A stretch of 64,000 nt of DNA from Candidatus Bathyarchaeota archaeon (GTDB taxonomy: Archaea > Thermoproteota > Bathyarchaeia > Bathyarchaeales > DTEX01), in NCBI GenBank assembly GCA_963714275.1, contig CAVQNT010000002.1, positions 544,001 to 608,000 on the forward strand, given 5' to 3'. The notes below the pieces were generated by a model, which saw only the letters and a program-made list of their open reading frames with translations, did not search any database and was not told the origin of the DNA. Numbering within the stretch: position 1 is the first letter of the stretch; each line of letters starts with the position of its first letter. Made by a program: the position numbers and the translations under genes. Below, piece after piece: positions 10,441 through 20,806 of this stretch.

Positions 10441-11628
10441 CTATGTTGCGTAGGTTTCTATTGCTGCTGCGATGCTTGAGCCCATGTTGACCGGGTATCC
10501 TTCCTTCTTTAGGGCGCGTTCAAGCGCCTCCAACACGAGGATGACGCTTCTTTCGTTGGCGTTCATGCCCATGAGTCCGATACGCCAGACCTGGCCTGCC
10601 AGTTCACCGAGTCCTCCGCCCACGGTGATGTTGAACTGTTCTCGCAGCGTTCCTCTGACGTTTTTGTCTTTGACGCCTTCGGGAACTCTGACAGAAGTTA
10701 AGGCAGGACACCTGTATTTGGCATCTTTAACCTGCATTTTTAGGCCTATGGCTTCTAGACCGCTTATCAGGGCTGCAGCATTTTGTGTGTGTCTTTGCCA
10801 CCTATTTTCGAGTCCTTCCTCATAAAGTAGCTTCAACGCTTCTCTCAGGGCGTAGACCAGAAGAATGGGCGCGGTGTGGTGGTACACGCGGTTGTTTTCG
10901 AGCCAGTACTTCTCGATTGTCGAGAGGTCGAGGTACCAGCTTTGAACCTGCGTCTTCCGGTTCCTTATGTGTTCCATGGCTTTTTCGTTGGCTGTTATCG
11001 GGGCAAGCCCCGGAGCGCAGCTTAGGCACTTCTGTGAGGCACTGTAGCATAAGTCTATGCCTAGCTCATCAACATTTAACTCGCATCCTCCCAAAGACGT
11101 GACAGCGTCGACGATGAGGAGGGCGTCGTGTTCATGCGTGACCTTCAAGATTTCTTTTAAAGGTTGAAGGACGCCTGTGGAGGTTTCGGCGTGAACAATC
11201 GTAACGACTTCTGCGTCAGATTCTGATAAAGCCTCGGCGACGGCTTCTTTGCTTATTGGTTTGCCCCAGTTGGCTTCGACCGTTATTGGGGTTCCTCCGC
11301 ACCTTTGAACCATCTCTTTCATTCGTCCGCCGAAGAACCCGTTTACGCAGACGACGGCTGAGTCTCCTTTCTCTACGAGGTTGCAGATGGCTGACTCCAT
11401 GCCTGCGCTGCCTGTGCCAGAAATCGGCATTGTGATGTGGTTTTTCGTTTTGAAAGCGTATTTGAGCAGATCCACAGTTTCGTCCATAACTCCCATGAAG
11501 TAAGGGTCCAAATGTTCTACAATAGGTGAAATCAAAGCCTTCAACACGCGCGGGTCAACGTTACTTGGTCCTGCGCCTAGAAGCAGTCTTTCAGGAGGAC
11601 GGAGTTCCTCATAATTTTTTTTTGACAT
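10441..11628 (-). CDS. Alanine-glyoxylate/serine-pyruvate aminotransferase (class V PLP enzyme)
   Basis: LLLGAGPS, HAETSTG, DAVTSLGG, SASQK PLP lysine, RIGLMG. Confidence 0.93.
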   Translation of the reverse strand: MSKKNYEELRPPERLLLGAGPSNVDPRVLKALISPIVEHLDPYFMGVMDETVDLLKYAFKTKNHITMPISGTGSAGMESAICNLVEKGDSAVVCVNGFFGGRMKEMVQRCGGTPITVEANWGKPISKEAVAEALSESDAEVVTIVHAETSTGVLQPLKEILKVTHEHDALLIVDAVTSLGGCELNVDELGIDLCYSASQKCLSCAPGLAPITANEKAMEHIRNRKTQVQSWYLDLSTIEKYWLENNRVYHHTAPILLVYALREALKLLYEEGLENRWQRHTQNAAALISGLEAIGLKMQVKDAKYRCPALTSVRVPEGVKDKNVRGTLREQFNITVGGGLGELAGQVWRIGLMGMNANERSVILVLEALERALKKEGYPVNMGSSIAAAIETYAT

Positions 11629-11753
11629 CTCTAACCTCAAGGTTAAAAATTTTGACCTTTATAGCATAGGTGTTTCCATATAAAGGGTTTACGCTTAGGA
11701 CTAGTTTTTAATCAAAAAAATAGTAAATGGTGTTGAAACCCAAAAAAATAAGT

Positions 11754-12731
11754 TTATTTCAGGAAGTCGTCAAATTTCCAGTAGTGTTCTTCTTCTTGCT
11801 GGATTATTTCCTCAAATATGTGCCTGGTTTTTGTGTCTCCACTTTTAAGGGCTTCTGAGATAATTTTTCGGTACAGCATTATGGCATAGTTTTCAGCCTC
11901 ATGATCAAACTTCAGAAAGTCATCAGCGGTTTTGCCGATTAGTGGAAGAGGATCTGGATTAGTGGTGGTTTCCCCTTCAACTAAATAAATTCGTTCAGAG
12001 ATTTTTTCGAGATGTTCCATTTCTTGCATGAAAATCCCCTTCAACAGTTCGCTGACAACTTTGGCTTTATTGGCTTCGGTGATTACCTCGAGTGGCATTT
12101 CTTTTTTTCGCAAGACCAATAAACTGGCTTTCTCATGTTGGTTTGTATATTGAATTATGGCTGAGATTTCAGCTGCAGCTGCCTTGTTAAGCAAAGCGTA
12201 GTAATCATCAGTAAAGATTCTTCGCCATTCTGATATAGGTAATTCAGGTCCTTCAGATTCGTCCTTCACATTTACGTATTCTTGGAATTTGAATAAATGT
12301 GCCTCTTCTTCTGCATAGATTTTTTCAAATAATTCACGGGTTTCCCAATCACCAATTTTTCCTGCAGCCTCGATAATTCTACGGTATAATACTAATGCTT
12401 CTTCTTCTGCCATCACTCCGTTTACTGCAAATTCGCTTAAGGTGTTGCCTACAACTAGTTTATCTGATTTTGTTGTTGCCTCTCCGCCTAGATAGTAAAT
12501 CCGCTCCATGATAGCGCCAGCATGCTTCATTTCTTGAATGGCAATTTCTTTTAGAAATTTTCCCATCGCCTCATAGGTTGTTTTTTCCATAAGAATGTTC
12601 TCGGGAATGACCCTGCGAATTAGTTTTTCCATCTTTGTATGTTGAAGCATGTATTGAACCGAAACCTTCAACTCCCGCGAAATAGCTTGGTTCAATAAAC
12701 CGATATAATCAGGTGTAGCTTGGACAGACAT
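11754..12731 (-). CDS. Tandem two-domain bacterioferritin/ferritin-like protein
   Basis: Both halves: LN.A...E.....QY, QEM.H...I.ERIY...GE.TT, A..LYR.II..A...GD..TR..FE.I...EE.H..KF. Confidence 0.85.
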   Translation of the reverse strand: MSVQATPDYIGLLNQAISRELKVSVQYMLQHTKMEKLIRRVIPENILMEKTTYEAMGKFLKEIAIQEMKHAGAIMERIYYLGGEATTKSDKLVVGNTLSEFAVNGVMAEEEALVLYRRIIEAAGKIGDWETRELFEKIYAEEEAHLFKFQEYVNVKDESEGPELPISEWRRIFTDDYYALLNKAAAAEISAIIQYTNQHEKASLLVLRKKEMPLEVITEANKAKVVSELLKGIFMQEMEHLEKISERIYLVEGETTTNPDPLPLIGKTADDFLKFDHEAENYAIMLYRKIISEALKSGDTKTRHIFEEIIQQEEEHYWKFDDFLK

Positions 12732-12878
12732 GACTATTCACTCTCCTATTAACAAAATAGAAATGTGTCTGATGATATTTAAAAGATTCGGATATAGTGT
12801 TGTTAAGTAATTTTTGAACAAAAAAACCACATTTAAATTTAACATACGCTTCATATTTTTTATTGAAGGAATTTTACT

Positions 12879-13556
12879 ATGAAACTGCCTTATCTGGAAA
12901 AGATTGGTCAGCGTGGAGATATCACAGTTTGGTCAGTTGATGGGATCTATGTCCGAAGGAATTTAGATGAAGAATTCACGAATTTCGGGCAGCAATATCG
13001 GTTCGAGTGCATTCCTGAAAACGAGTTTTGGATTGATAGAGAAGCTAGTCCAGATGAACAGCAATTTTACATCGACCACCTTTTAATGGAGTATCATCTC
13101 ATGAAAAAGGGTGTTCCTTATGTTAAGGCGCTTGAGTTTGCTGATCGCAAAGAGAGATCTGAGCGAAAGAAAGTCGATGGAATTCCGCCCGACCGGTCAA
13201 AAGGAGAAGTCAGCCCAACAATTGTGCACCTCCAGGTTTTAACAAAAACGGATGATGTGACAATATGGCTCATTAACGGTCGATTAGTGCGAGACTGGTT
13301 CGATATCGACTTTACAGAAGGCGGACATGACTTGGTTTACAAATTTGTGCCTAAAGAAGAAGTGTGGATTGACAACGATGTTGAACCTGAAGAAAGATCC
13401 TATATTCTCCTTCATGAACTGCACGAACGTAATCTCATGAAAAAAGGATTGTCGTACAGTGAGGCCCATGCGGATTCAAGTCAGCTTGAGTACCACGTAA
13501 GGCATCATCCAGAGGAACTCTCTATAACCTTAGAGAAAGAAATCAAAGAGAAATAA
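12879..13556 (+). CDS. Hypothetical protein with an internally duplicated zincin-like domain
   Basis: Two copies of W...G..VR...D..FT..G.......P..E.WID....P.E......H...E..LMKKG..Y..A; second copy has HELHE. Confidence 0.7.
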   Translation: MKLPYLEKIGQRGDITVWSVDGIYVRRNLDEEFTNFGQQYRFECIPENEFWIDREASPDEQQFYIDHLLMEYHLMKKGVPYVKALEFADRKERSERKKVDGIPPDRSKGEVSPTIVHLQVLTKTDDVTIWLINGRLVRDWFDIDFTEGGHDLVYKFVPKEEVWIDNDVEPEERSYILLHELHERNLMKKGLSYSEAHADSSQLEYHVRHHPEELSITLEKEIKEK

Positions 13557-13650
13557 AAAAAACTTTTTCCATAATAATATTATCAATATAGGACATCTGC
13601 CTGATGAAAGATAAGGCTTAAGTTAGACTTGAATGTTGAAAGGGTATTTG

Positions 13651-13773
13651 GCGGGGGTACCCGAGCCAGGTCTAAATAGAGGGAAACAGACACACAACCC
13701 CCTAAGACAAGGGGGAGGACTTAAGATCCTCTGGCGAAGGCCTCCGTGGGTTCAAGTCCCACCCCCCGCACCA
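13651..13773 (+). tRNA. tRNA-Leu (TAA) with a 35-nt non-canonical intron in the D-arm (13676-13710, position 22/23)
   Basis: Removing 13676-13710 restores a full class II cloverleaf (D-stem CCCG/AGGG, anticodon arm GAGGA-CTTAAGA-TCCTC, encoded CCA); junctions form a 4-bp helix GTCT/AGAC with 3-nt bulges. Confidence 0.93.
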
Positions 13774-13838
13774 TTTATATATAAAGTATAGGGGGGTTTG
13801 TCCAGAGGGCATTAACGTCGCTGTGGGCTTCAATATTT

Positions 13839-15078
13839 TCACTTCCTAAGGATTTTGACTCCGTTAAAGTCGCATACGAATTCGAAGCCTGCATCCACGA
13901 AGGCGCAGACATCTACTTCAGTTTTGGCTACTCGTGAAACGTATTCTTGCTGGTCTTTAAAGAGCTCCTCTGCAAGTTGCACGTAGATCAAGGTGTTCTT
14001 AATGTTTTTGTGGCCAAGGGTCTGCATGACGTGCAGGATGTCTTTGGTTTTATGGTATTCCCATGTGCCCTTCCAGTGCCGAAATGTATGGAACGTTATT
14101 TGCTTCAGTCTTGGGTTTTTTAGTTTGTTAGCCATGCGTTTTCGCTGCTGGTTGAAATTGTCTCGGTGATGATCCAAGGGTTGATTGGGGGCGGAGAACA
14201 CTTTTTCTCCGTAGGTTTTTGGCAGATTCTCAAGCATTAATGCGAGTTTTTGGCTTATGTGGCAGATTCTTGGGTTGGAACGTTTTTCCGCCGTAATTCT
14301 GACTACTTTTGAGACTATGTCTATGTCAGTACATTTGGCTGACCACGCTTCACCTGATCGTGCTCCGGTTTCCTTGAGGAATTGGAGGAATGTTCCCATT
14401 CGTTTGCTGCAACCGGCGATTAATTGGTCGATTTCGCTTTCAGTTGGGATAAAAGGAATTTTGTGTATGCCCTCATATCGTGGTGGTTCCCATTTTCCTC
14501 CAACCATTTTGAGAAATGATGAATAGGCATCGACAGCATTCGCCTTTCTTCCTTCACTCCACGGCTGTTTAGCTATGACTGCCTTAACTGATTCTGGGTC
14601 ATATAGGTCGACTCCTCGTTTCACAAGTACTTTTAGGAGTTTTGATCTTCCCACGATTGTTGTTTCACTGTAGCCTTCTTTTTTAAGCCACCAGACATAA
14701 TCGATAATTTTGCCTTTGATGTCAGCTGCTGTTGTTGTGGCCTCCCGCTGGCCTGTTTCCTGTCGGGTTTCTACTTTTTCCAAGTTTTTCGTCACTCCGT
14801 CAGCAACGCATACTTGGTACCTTAAAGTATGCTGGTTCTCCTTTTTTATCGCTTTGAAAAGGATCAGAAAACCGGAAGCCACAGTCACGGCAGAGCCACC
14901 TCTGAATTTTCTCGTCAAGATAATTTCGGAATCCGTCTTTCCAAACTCTGGATCCGCCACATTCTGGGCATGTGGGGGGCTGGTGCAGGCCGACGCTATG
15001 CATGTCGGACTTCCCGTCTGGGGTTTGAACCTGCTTTGGTGAAAAGGAGACGCCAACGGAGTTGTGGAAGCCAGCCAC
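13839..15078 (-). CDS. Tyrosine recombinase/integrase with an N-terminal Zn ribbon (frameshift near 14845)
   Basis: TGARSGE, HTFRH, LGHKNI, T.IY catalytic motifs; CPEC...QRWLCRDCGFRF in overlapping ORF 14800-15078. Confidence 0.9.
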
Positions 15079-15104
15079 TCCCCTGCCTATCTTCTACTTT
15101 AAGG

Positions 15105-15368
15105 CTTAGGCTTCTCTACTTGGCGAAAAGAACAGTTCATCCGGCACGTTGCCCAGGACTTTTATGAAGCCTTCAGATTTGCAGAACTCTAAGACATGGC
15201 TGAACAACGGATCCTGCGAATTGCTGAAACATTTTATAAAGCCGAACCTACCAGTGAAGACTCGAAGTCTCGATGCCTTCAACGGTTTCCCTCATTTGGT
15301 AGGCGCCGGTTCTGCACCACTTCGCGTACTCTTCAAGGTCTTCCCAAGACTCCACTAAACTAACCAAT
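15105..15368 (-). CDS. Small hypothetical protein upstream of the integrase (one frameshift near 15268)
   Basis: Manual translation LVSLVESWEDLEEYAKWC...GIE / LRVFTGRFGFIKCF...GNVPDELFFSPSREA*. Confidence 0.55.
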
Positions 15369-15420
15369 TATGTCACCTTGAACATTTGTTGAAACAAAAC
15401 TATAAGACATTTCTGTCCCC

Positions 15421-15494
15421 CACAAAGTATACTATACTTTGTGAGCCTCTTCAAAGTATACTGTACTTTGGAGACCCTCGCAAAGTACACTATC
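15421..15494. promoter_or_regulatory. Array of three palindromic sites with a 29-bp period
   Basis: CAAAGTA(T/C)ACT at 15423, 15452 and 15481; first copy is the perfect 23-bp palindrome CACAAAGTATA-C-TATACTTTGTG. Confidence 0.65.
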
Positions 15495-15629
15495 AAGTTA
15501 TAACTATACTATTAAGAAGCGCAATCAAAGTTCAGCATGGCGAATATTAGAAAACCTAACATTCCTTGTTTCTTTCTTTTGTCGGGTTTGAGGATTATGT
15601 TGAAGACCTCAGCAAAGTACACTATCGGA

Positions 15630-15722
15630 ATAAGCGGAGCCATTAGCCCAACTCTTGCAGCAATGATACACGAAGGAAACGCACTCTTGGTTGTACTCAA
15701 CTCAGCAAGACTGATCAGATAG
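15630..15722 (+). pseudogene. C-terminal remnant of a heavy-metal P1B-type ATPase
   Basis: GAISPTLAAMIHEGNALLVVLNSARL matches the last TM helix (HEG...VVLN..RL) of P1B ATPases. Confidence 0.7.
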
Positions 15723-15921
15723 GTTCTCTGAGAGTTCTGTTTTCAAACATGTCAAATTTTTGCTTCTGTTAACCTAGCTGACTAAGTTAATTAGGCAGTA
15801 TTCTTGATTGGTTCAGTCCCAGTGGTGCATGGACATGATAGAGGTAAACAATCGTGCGCTTGCGTGTGCGCAGCGTCCTTTCAGTTTTGTTATCTATTCT
15901 GGATAACAAAGTGCACCAGTC

Positions 15922-18693
15922 TTGTCTTATGATAAAGCAGCCCTAGCCACTATTGAAGACCTCTATCATGAGCTTGGAACTGGGCCTGATGGTCTCTCAG
16001 ACCAAGAGGCTGGGCTTCGTTTACAAAAGTTTGGTCATAACGTTCTACCGACGGGTAAGAAAATCAGTCTACCTAGAAGGTTTCTCATTCAATTCAAGAA
16101 CATTTTCAACATCCTGCTATTGATTGCTTCATTCCTCTCATTTGTAAGTGGTCTGTTCTTCAATGATGCAGGCTCAATTCAAATGGGTCTCGCGATTCTC
16201 GTCGTGGTTTTTCTCAACGCTATTTTCAGTCTTTTCCAAGAGTACAGGGCTGAGAGGGCTGCGCAGGTCATACGGAGCTTCATCCCTAAAAAGACGAAGG
16301 TCATTAGAGATGGTCAAATGAAGGAAGTTGACGTGACTGACATAGTTCCCGGGGACATATTGGCTCTGGAAGAAGGTGACAGGGTGCCCGCTGACCTTAG
16401 GTTGACAAGCGCATTTGAGGTTTCCGTGGACAATTCGGTGCTGACTGGCGAGTCTGAGGCTCAGAGACGATTTGCCACAATGTCCTCGGGGATGTCGACA
16501 ACCACCAATGGGTTACATAACATACTGTTCGCAGGAACAACCTTGACCTCAGGTGTCGCCAGAGGTGTCATTCTGTCAACAGCAATGAATACTGAGTTCG
16601 GCAGGATTGTTTCGTTATCCAGCGAAGCCCATGAACCCCTGAGTGAACTTGAGAAAGACATTAACTACACTGCAAAGGTTGATCTTCTCGCGGCACTTCT
16701 TGTGAGCCTAATCTTTTTTTCTGCAGCTTTACTGATTGTTAGATTGAACCTCATACATAGTATCCTATTTGCAATCGGCGTCATGATATGTTTGGTGCCA
16801 GAAGGATTCCAGCTGACTGTTTCACTTTCCCTTGCCCTGACTGCACAAATAATGGCCAAAAGAAACGTGGTCGTGAAACGACTTTCCTCAGTTGAAACCG
16901 CTGGTTCAATGACTGTATTATGTGTGGACAAGACAGGCACAATCACAAGTGGAGAGATGATGGTGAAAAGAATCTGGGCAGCAGGAGAAGACTTTTGAAG
17001 TCACAGGTGACGGATATAGCCCAGATGGCTACATCAACTTCAATGGCAAGAAAATAAGTCGTCGCGAGTACCCGTCAATCTATAATCTCCTAGAGGTAAG
17101 CGCCTTCTGCAACAATGCTAAGCTAAACGCGCCCTCAGACAGAATTGGCAGATACACGGTTTTAGGAGACCCAACTGATGGAGACTTTCTCGTCTTCGCT
17201 GGAAAGGGTGACTTCAACGTTAGCAAAGCCTTGGCTGAAAACCAGAGAATTGGCTTAATCCCATTTAGTTCTCAGAGGAGGATGATGACAAGCATTCAAA
17301 AAGGTTCTGATGGAAAGATTACTGCTTTTACAAAGGGAGCTGGCCTTGAAGTGCTCAAACGATGCACCTATGTCTTCTACGATAATGATAGCGTGCCTTT
17401 AACAGATGAATTCAGAAGGGCAATAATGAAGCAGATGGATGATTTCGCCTTAGACGGCTTTCGGGTTCTTGCAATGGCGACGAAAATCCTTCCAAACGAA
17501 CCCGCAGAACTATCTCAAGGCATCGAAGAAGATATGACCTTTCTAGGTTTGGCCGCGCTACTTGATCCACCTAGACCTAAAGTAGAGGCTGCTGTCAAAG
17601 AAGCCAGAAGCGCAGGTATAAAGGTCATTATGCTGACGGGAGATCATGAGCTCACTGCGTATTCCATTTCAAAGAAAGTGGGAATCATAACTTCAGAGAT
17701 CAAGAGGTGGTCACCGGACAAGATCTCAACCAGATGAATGACAATGACTTGGCTGCTATGTTCGTTAAAGGCAACTGCGTATTTGCGAGGATAGCGCCCG
17801 AGCAGAAGGTTAGGATAGTGCATGTCTTGAAATCCATGGGAGAGGTGGTGGCAGTAACAGGGGATGGAGTGAATGACTCCCCAGCACTTATTGAAGCAAA
17901 TGTAGGCATATCTATGGGAGCCGGGGGAACGGATGTGGCAAGAGAGTCTGCGGACATAGTTCTACTGGATAACGATTTCACGTCTATAATAGAAGGGGTT
18001 AGGCTGGGAAGGTCAATGTTTGACAACCTGAGGAAGTTTGTCTACTACGTCTTTACGCACAACTGGGCTGAGCTTCTCGCCTTCATTGTTTTCGTCTTAA
18101 TTCAGTCTCCACTGCCTTTGCTAGTTGTCCAAGTGCTAGCAATAGACTTAGCGTTGGATGTGTTTCCTTCCCTTTCCTTAATAATGGAGCCTCCTGAGCC
18201 GGATGTTATGAAGAAGCCGCCCAGGAAAAGTGGGACGAGACTAATCAATTTTTCGACACTGCTGAGAAGTTGCTATGTCGGCGTGATTGTATCGGCTTGT
18301 GCAATCTTCTGGGCCTTTAACGTCTGGGGGAGTGGAGGATGGACTATGGGTAATAACGCAACGCTCGATCCTATATTATATGCCAGAGGAACGACAATCG
18401 TCATGGCAGGAATAATGATTGGTCAACTAGGAAATCTCTTCGCCTCCCGAACAGATCTAAAATCAGCACTCACGCTCAATCCGCTTAGAAATAGATGGCT
18501 CTTCCCCGCGATATTTGCTGAGTTTTGTATTATGATAGCAGTTATCTATCTGCCCCTCCTTCAGCCCCTATTCGGGACGGCTCCCCTTCTTCTATCGGAT
18601 TGGTTGTTCCTGTCAATATTAGCTCCCTTGGCTTTACTCTTAGAGGAACTAAGAAAGCTGTTAATGCATAGAATAGATCTTAAAATTGATTGA
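15922..18693 (+). CDS. P-type II cation-transporting ATPase (frameshifts near 16995 and 17697)
   Basis: TGES, VPEG, DKTGT, GDPTD, TGDH, GDGVND across three ORFs. Confidence 0.9.
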
Positions 18694-18750
18694 AATCAAT
18701 TAATAGAATATAGATTTTGGTAATCCTATTATTAAGAGCTGAATCAACTA

Positions 18751-19146
18751 TTACTTGTTTGGTTCAAATTTATTTGATATGAAGGCTGCCAAAGCGCTTA
18801 TAATGTCTTCTTCGTTTGCTTTCTCAATGAACTTGTCAAGGTCGACTTCATTCAATATGATGGCTAGATAGGCTCTTGGGGCTAGTCGGTATAGTTGAGA
18901 TTCGAAGCCAGCTTGAGTTTTGCGGGCACCGATTCTTTCAATGTAGCCTTTTTCTACTAGGCTTCTGACTCGACGGTTTATCACTGAATACTTGGTATAT
19001 CTCAATGCTCTTCGGATTCTTACTTTTTTACAGACGTCATAGATGGTTAAGGGTCCTTCTTCAGCGAGAACCCAGAATATTGCCTTGTTCAGTCTTGCTT
19101 CTCTGCCTTTGAAGATCGAAAGTCTCGGGTTCCCATTTTCTATCAT
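18751..19146 (-). CDS. Winged helix-turn-helix protein
   Basis: IFWVLAEEGPLTIYD...YSVINRRVRSLVEKGYI...LYRL. Confidence 0.7.
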   Translation of the reverse strand: MIENGNPRLSIFKGREARLNKAIFWVLAEEGPLTIYDVCKKVRIRRALRYTKYSVINRRVRSLVEKGYIERIGARKTQAGFESQLYRLAPRAYLAIILNEVDLDKFIEKANEEDIISALAAFISNKFEPNK

Positions 19147-19615
19147 GTCCCCACATGCCCTTAAACAACTGGGACGCTGTCAAGTCTGCCAGAAAGGGAG
19201 ACTTTGTAGGGTCGGGTTTTTAGGCTTTTTACACAAATTTATGCAACACAATGTCCTATAGGTGGAAACGTTTCTGTATGCAGAAATGCCCTATAGGGAA
19301 ATTGTGCTGGTGAAGCTGATTTAAGCTTGTTACACATTTTCATGTTGATTTCGTCAATTAGGCATGTACAGAAGTGGGGATTTGGTTGGGGTCTTTTTCG
19401 GGGTGCAGAAACGATTTTCCTGAGGGTCTAAGATTTGTTTTTATATCCTTTTATGTGCTTAGATGCTTTGTAGGGGGAAACAATGATTATTAAAACTTTT
19501 TGAATTAGTATATTCAGGGTTCACCTAGTGCTGATGATTAGCTAGCTAACTTCCAACATGTATCTTCTGAAATCAATATATCTTAAAAAGTAAAATAAAT
19601 ACAAGGTCATAAATC

Positions 19616-20698
19616 ATGAAAAAACATACTTCTAAATTTTTAAAAAATAAGCAGGACGTAATAAGGACAGTAGATGGAAAACAAATTGCTGTAAAAAAAC
19701 TGGATGAATTCATATTGACAATGATGGATTCTGTGAAAATACCGGGTCTGTCAATTGCTATCATAAACAATGCAAAAGTAGTTTATCATCGAGCCTTTGG
19801 TGTAAAAAAAATCAATACTTTAGAAAAGGTTAATGAACAAACCATTTTTGAGGCTGGATCTATGTCCAAACCTCTCTTTGCATATTTTATTATGAAGCAG
19901 GTAGAGAAAGGGATACTAGATTTAGATAAACCTCTTTATGAATACTTGCCTTATCAGGATATTGCATACGATGACAGATACAAGCTAATTACTGCCAGAA
20001 TGGTACTTTGTCATACCTCAGGGTTTCCTAATTGGCGTAATGATAAATTAGATATTAAGTTCACCCCAGGAACAGCGTTTCAGTATTCAGGTGAAGGATA
20101 TCAATATCTGGCAAAGGTTGTAGCATACTTAAGAGGGACTGATTTTAAAGGATTGGATAGTATATTTCAAAAAGAGGTAGCTGAACCCTTAGGTGCTCAA
20201 CAATTGCACTACATTTGGAATGATTACATTGCACAACACAAAGCCACAGGTCACAGAGATGGGAAAGCAACCGATAATGGACCAATAGAAAAGAAACCTT
20301 GGATTTGCCATTTAGTTCCATTCCAAGGAGACCCAAATATATTTGGAGCAGCTTACAGTTTACATACTGAAGCGACCAATTATGCTAAATTTTTAATTGC
20401 GATGATGCAAGAAAAGGGGATTACCAAAGAAACATGGGATGAGATGTTGAAGGAACAGGTGAGTTTACCCATCGACAACGAATATAGGAAAAATGGTATA
20501 ACGGGTTGGAGTCTTGGATTTGCCATTGAGCCTACTTCGAATGGTGTTAGGTATATACACGATGGGAGCAACGGTGATTTCCAATCATATTGTCATTTTT
20601 ACAAAGAGAAAGACTATGGAATTGTTTTTTTCAGTAATTCAGATAAAATCATTTCAACTCAGTTTATTCAGAGATTAAGTGCGTTTCTTGAAGAGTAA
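19616..20698 (+). CDS. Serine hydrolase, beta-lactamase class C/AmpC-like family
   Basis: IPGLSIAII, FEAGSMSK (SxxK), LCHTSG, F.PG..FQYSG, HDGSNG. Confidence 0.88.
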   Translation: MKKHTSKFLKNKQDVIRTVDGKQIAVKKLDEFILTMMDSVKIPGLSIAIINNAKVVYHRAFGVKKINTLEKVNEQTIFEAGSMSKPLFAYFIMKQVEKGILDLDKPLYEYLPYQDIAYDDRYKLITARMVLCHTSGFPNWRNDKLDIKFTPGTAFQYSGEGYQYLAKVVAYLRGTDFKGLDSIFQKEVAEPLGAQQLHYIWNDYIAQHKATGHRDGKATDNGPIEKKPWICHLVPFQGDPNIFGAAYSLHTEATNYAKFLIAMMQEKGITKETWDEMLKEQVSLPIDNEYRKNGITGWSLGFAIEPTSNGVRYIHDGSNGDFQSYCHFYKEKDYGIVFFSNSDKIISTQFIQRLSAFLEE

Positions 20699-20806
20699 AT
20701 TAAATTCTGACTATAATACGCTAGTCAGCTGACTAAATTTTACTTAACCTTTTTAACTGAATCCAATAATAGTTGATATGGATTCTTGATACCGGAGGAT
20801 AAATGC

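Noticed and set aside
14838-14850. AAAAAAG run in the integrase as a programmed -1 frameshift
   Set aside because: Joining the Zn-ribbon frame to the catalytic frame needs a +1 shift, so a homopolymer error or mutation is more likely.
15421-15494. Mini CRISPR array
   Set aside because: The 29-bp period leaves only about 10 bp between repeats, too short for spacers; no cas genes in the window.
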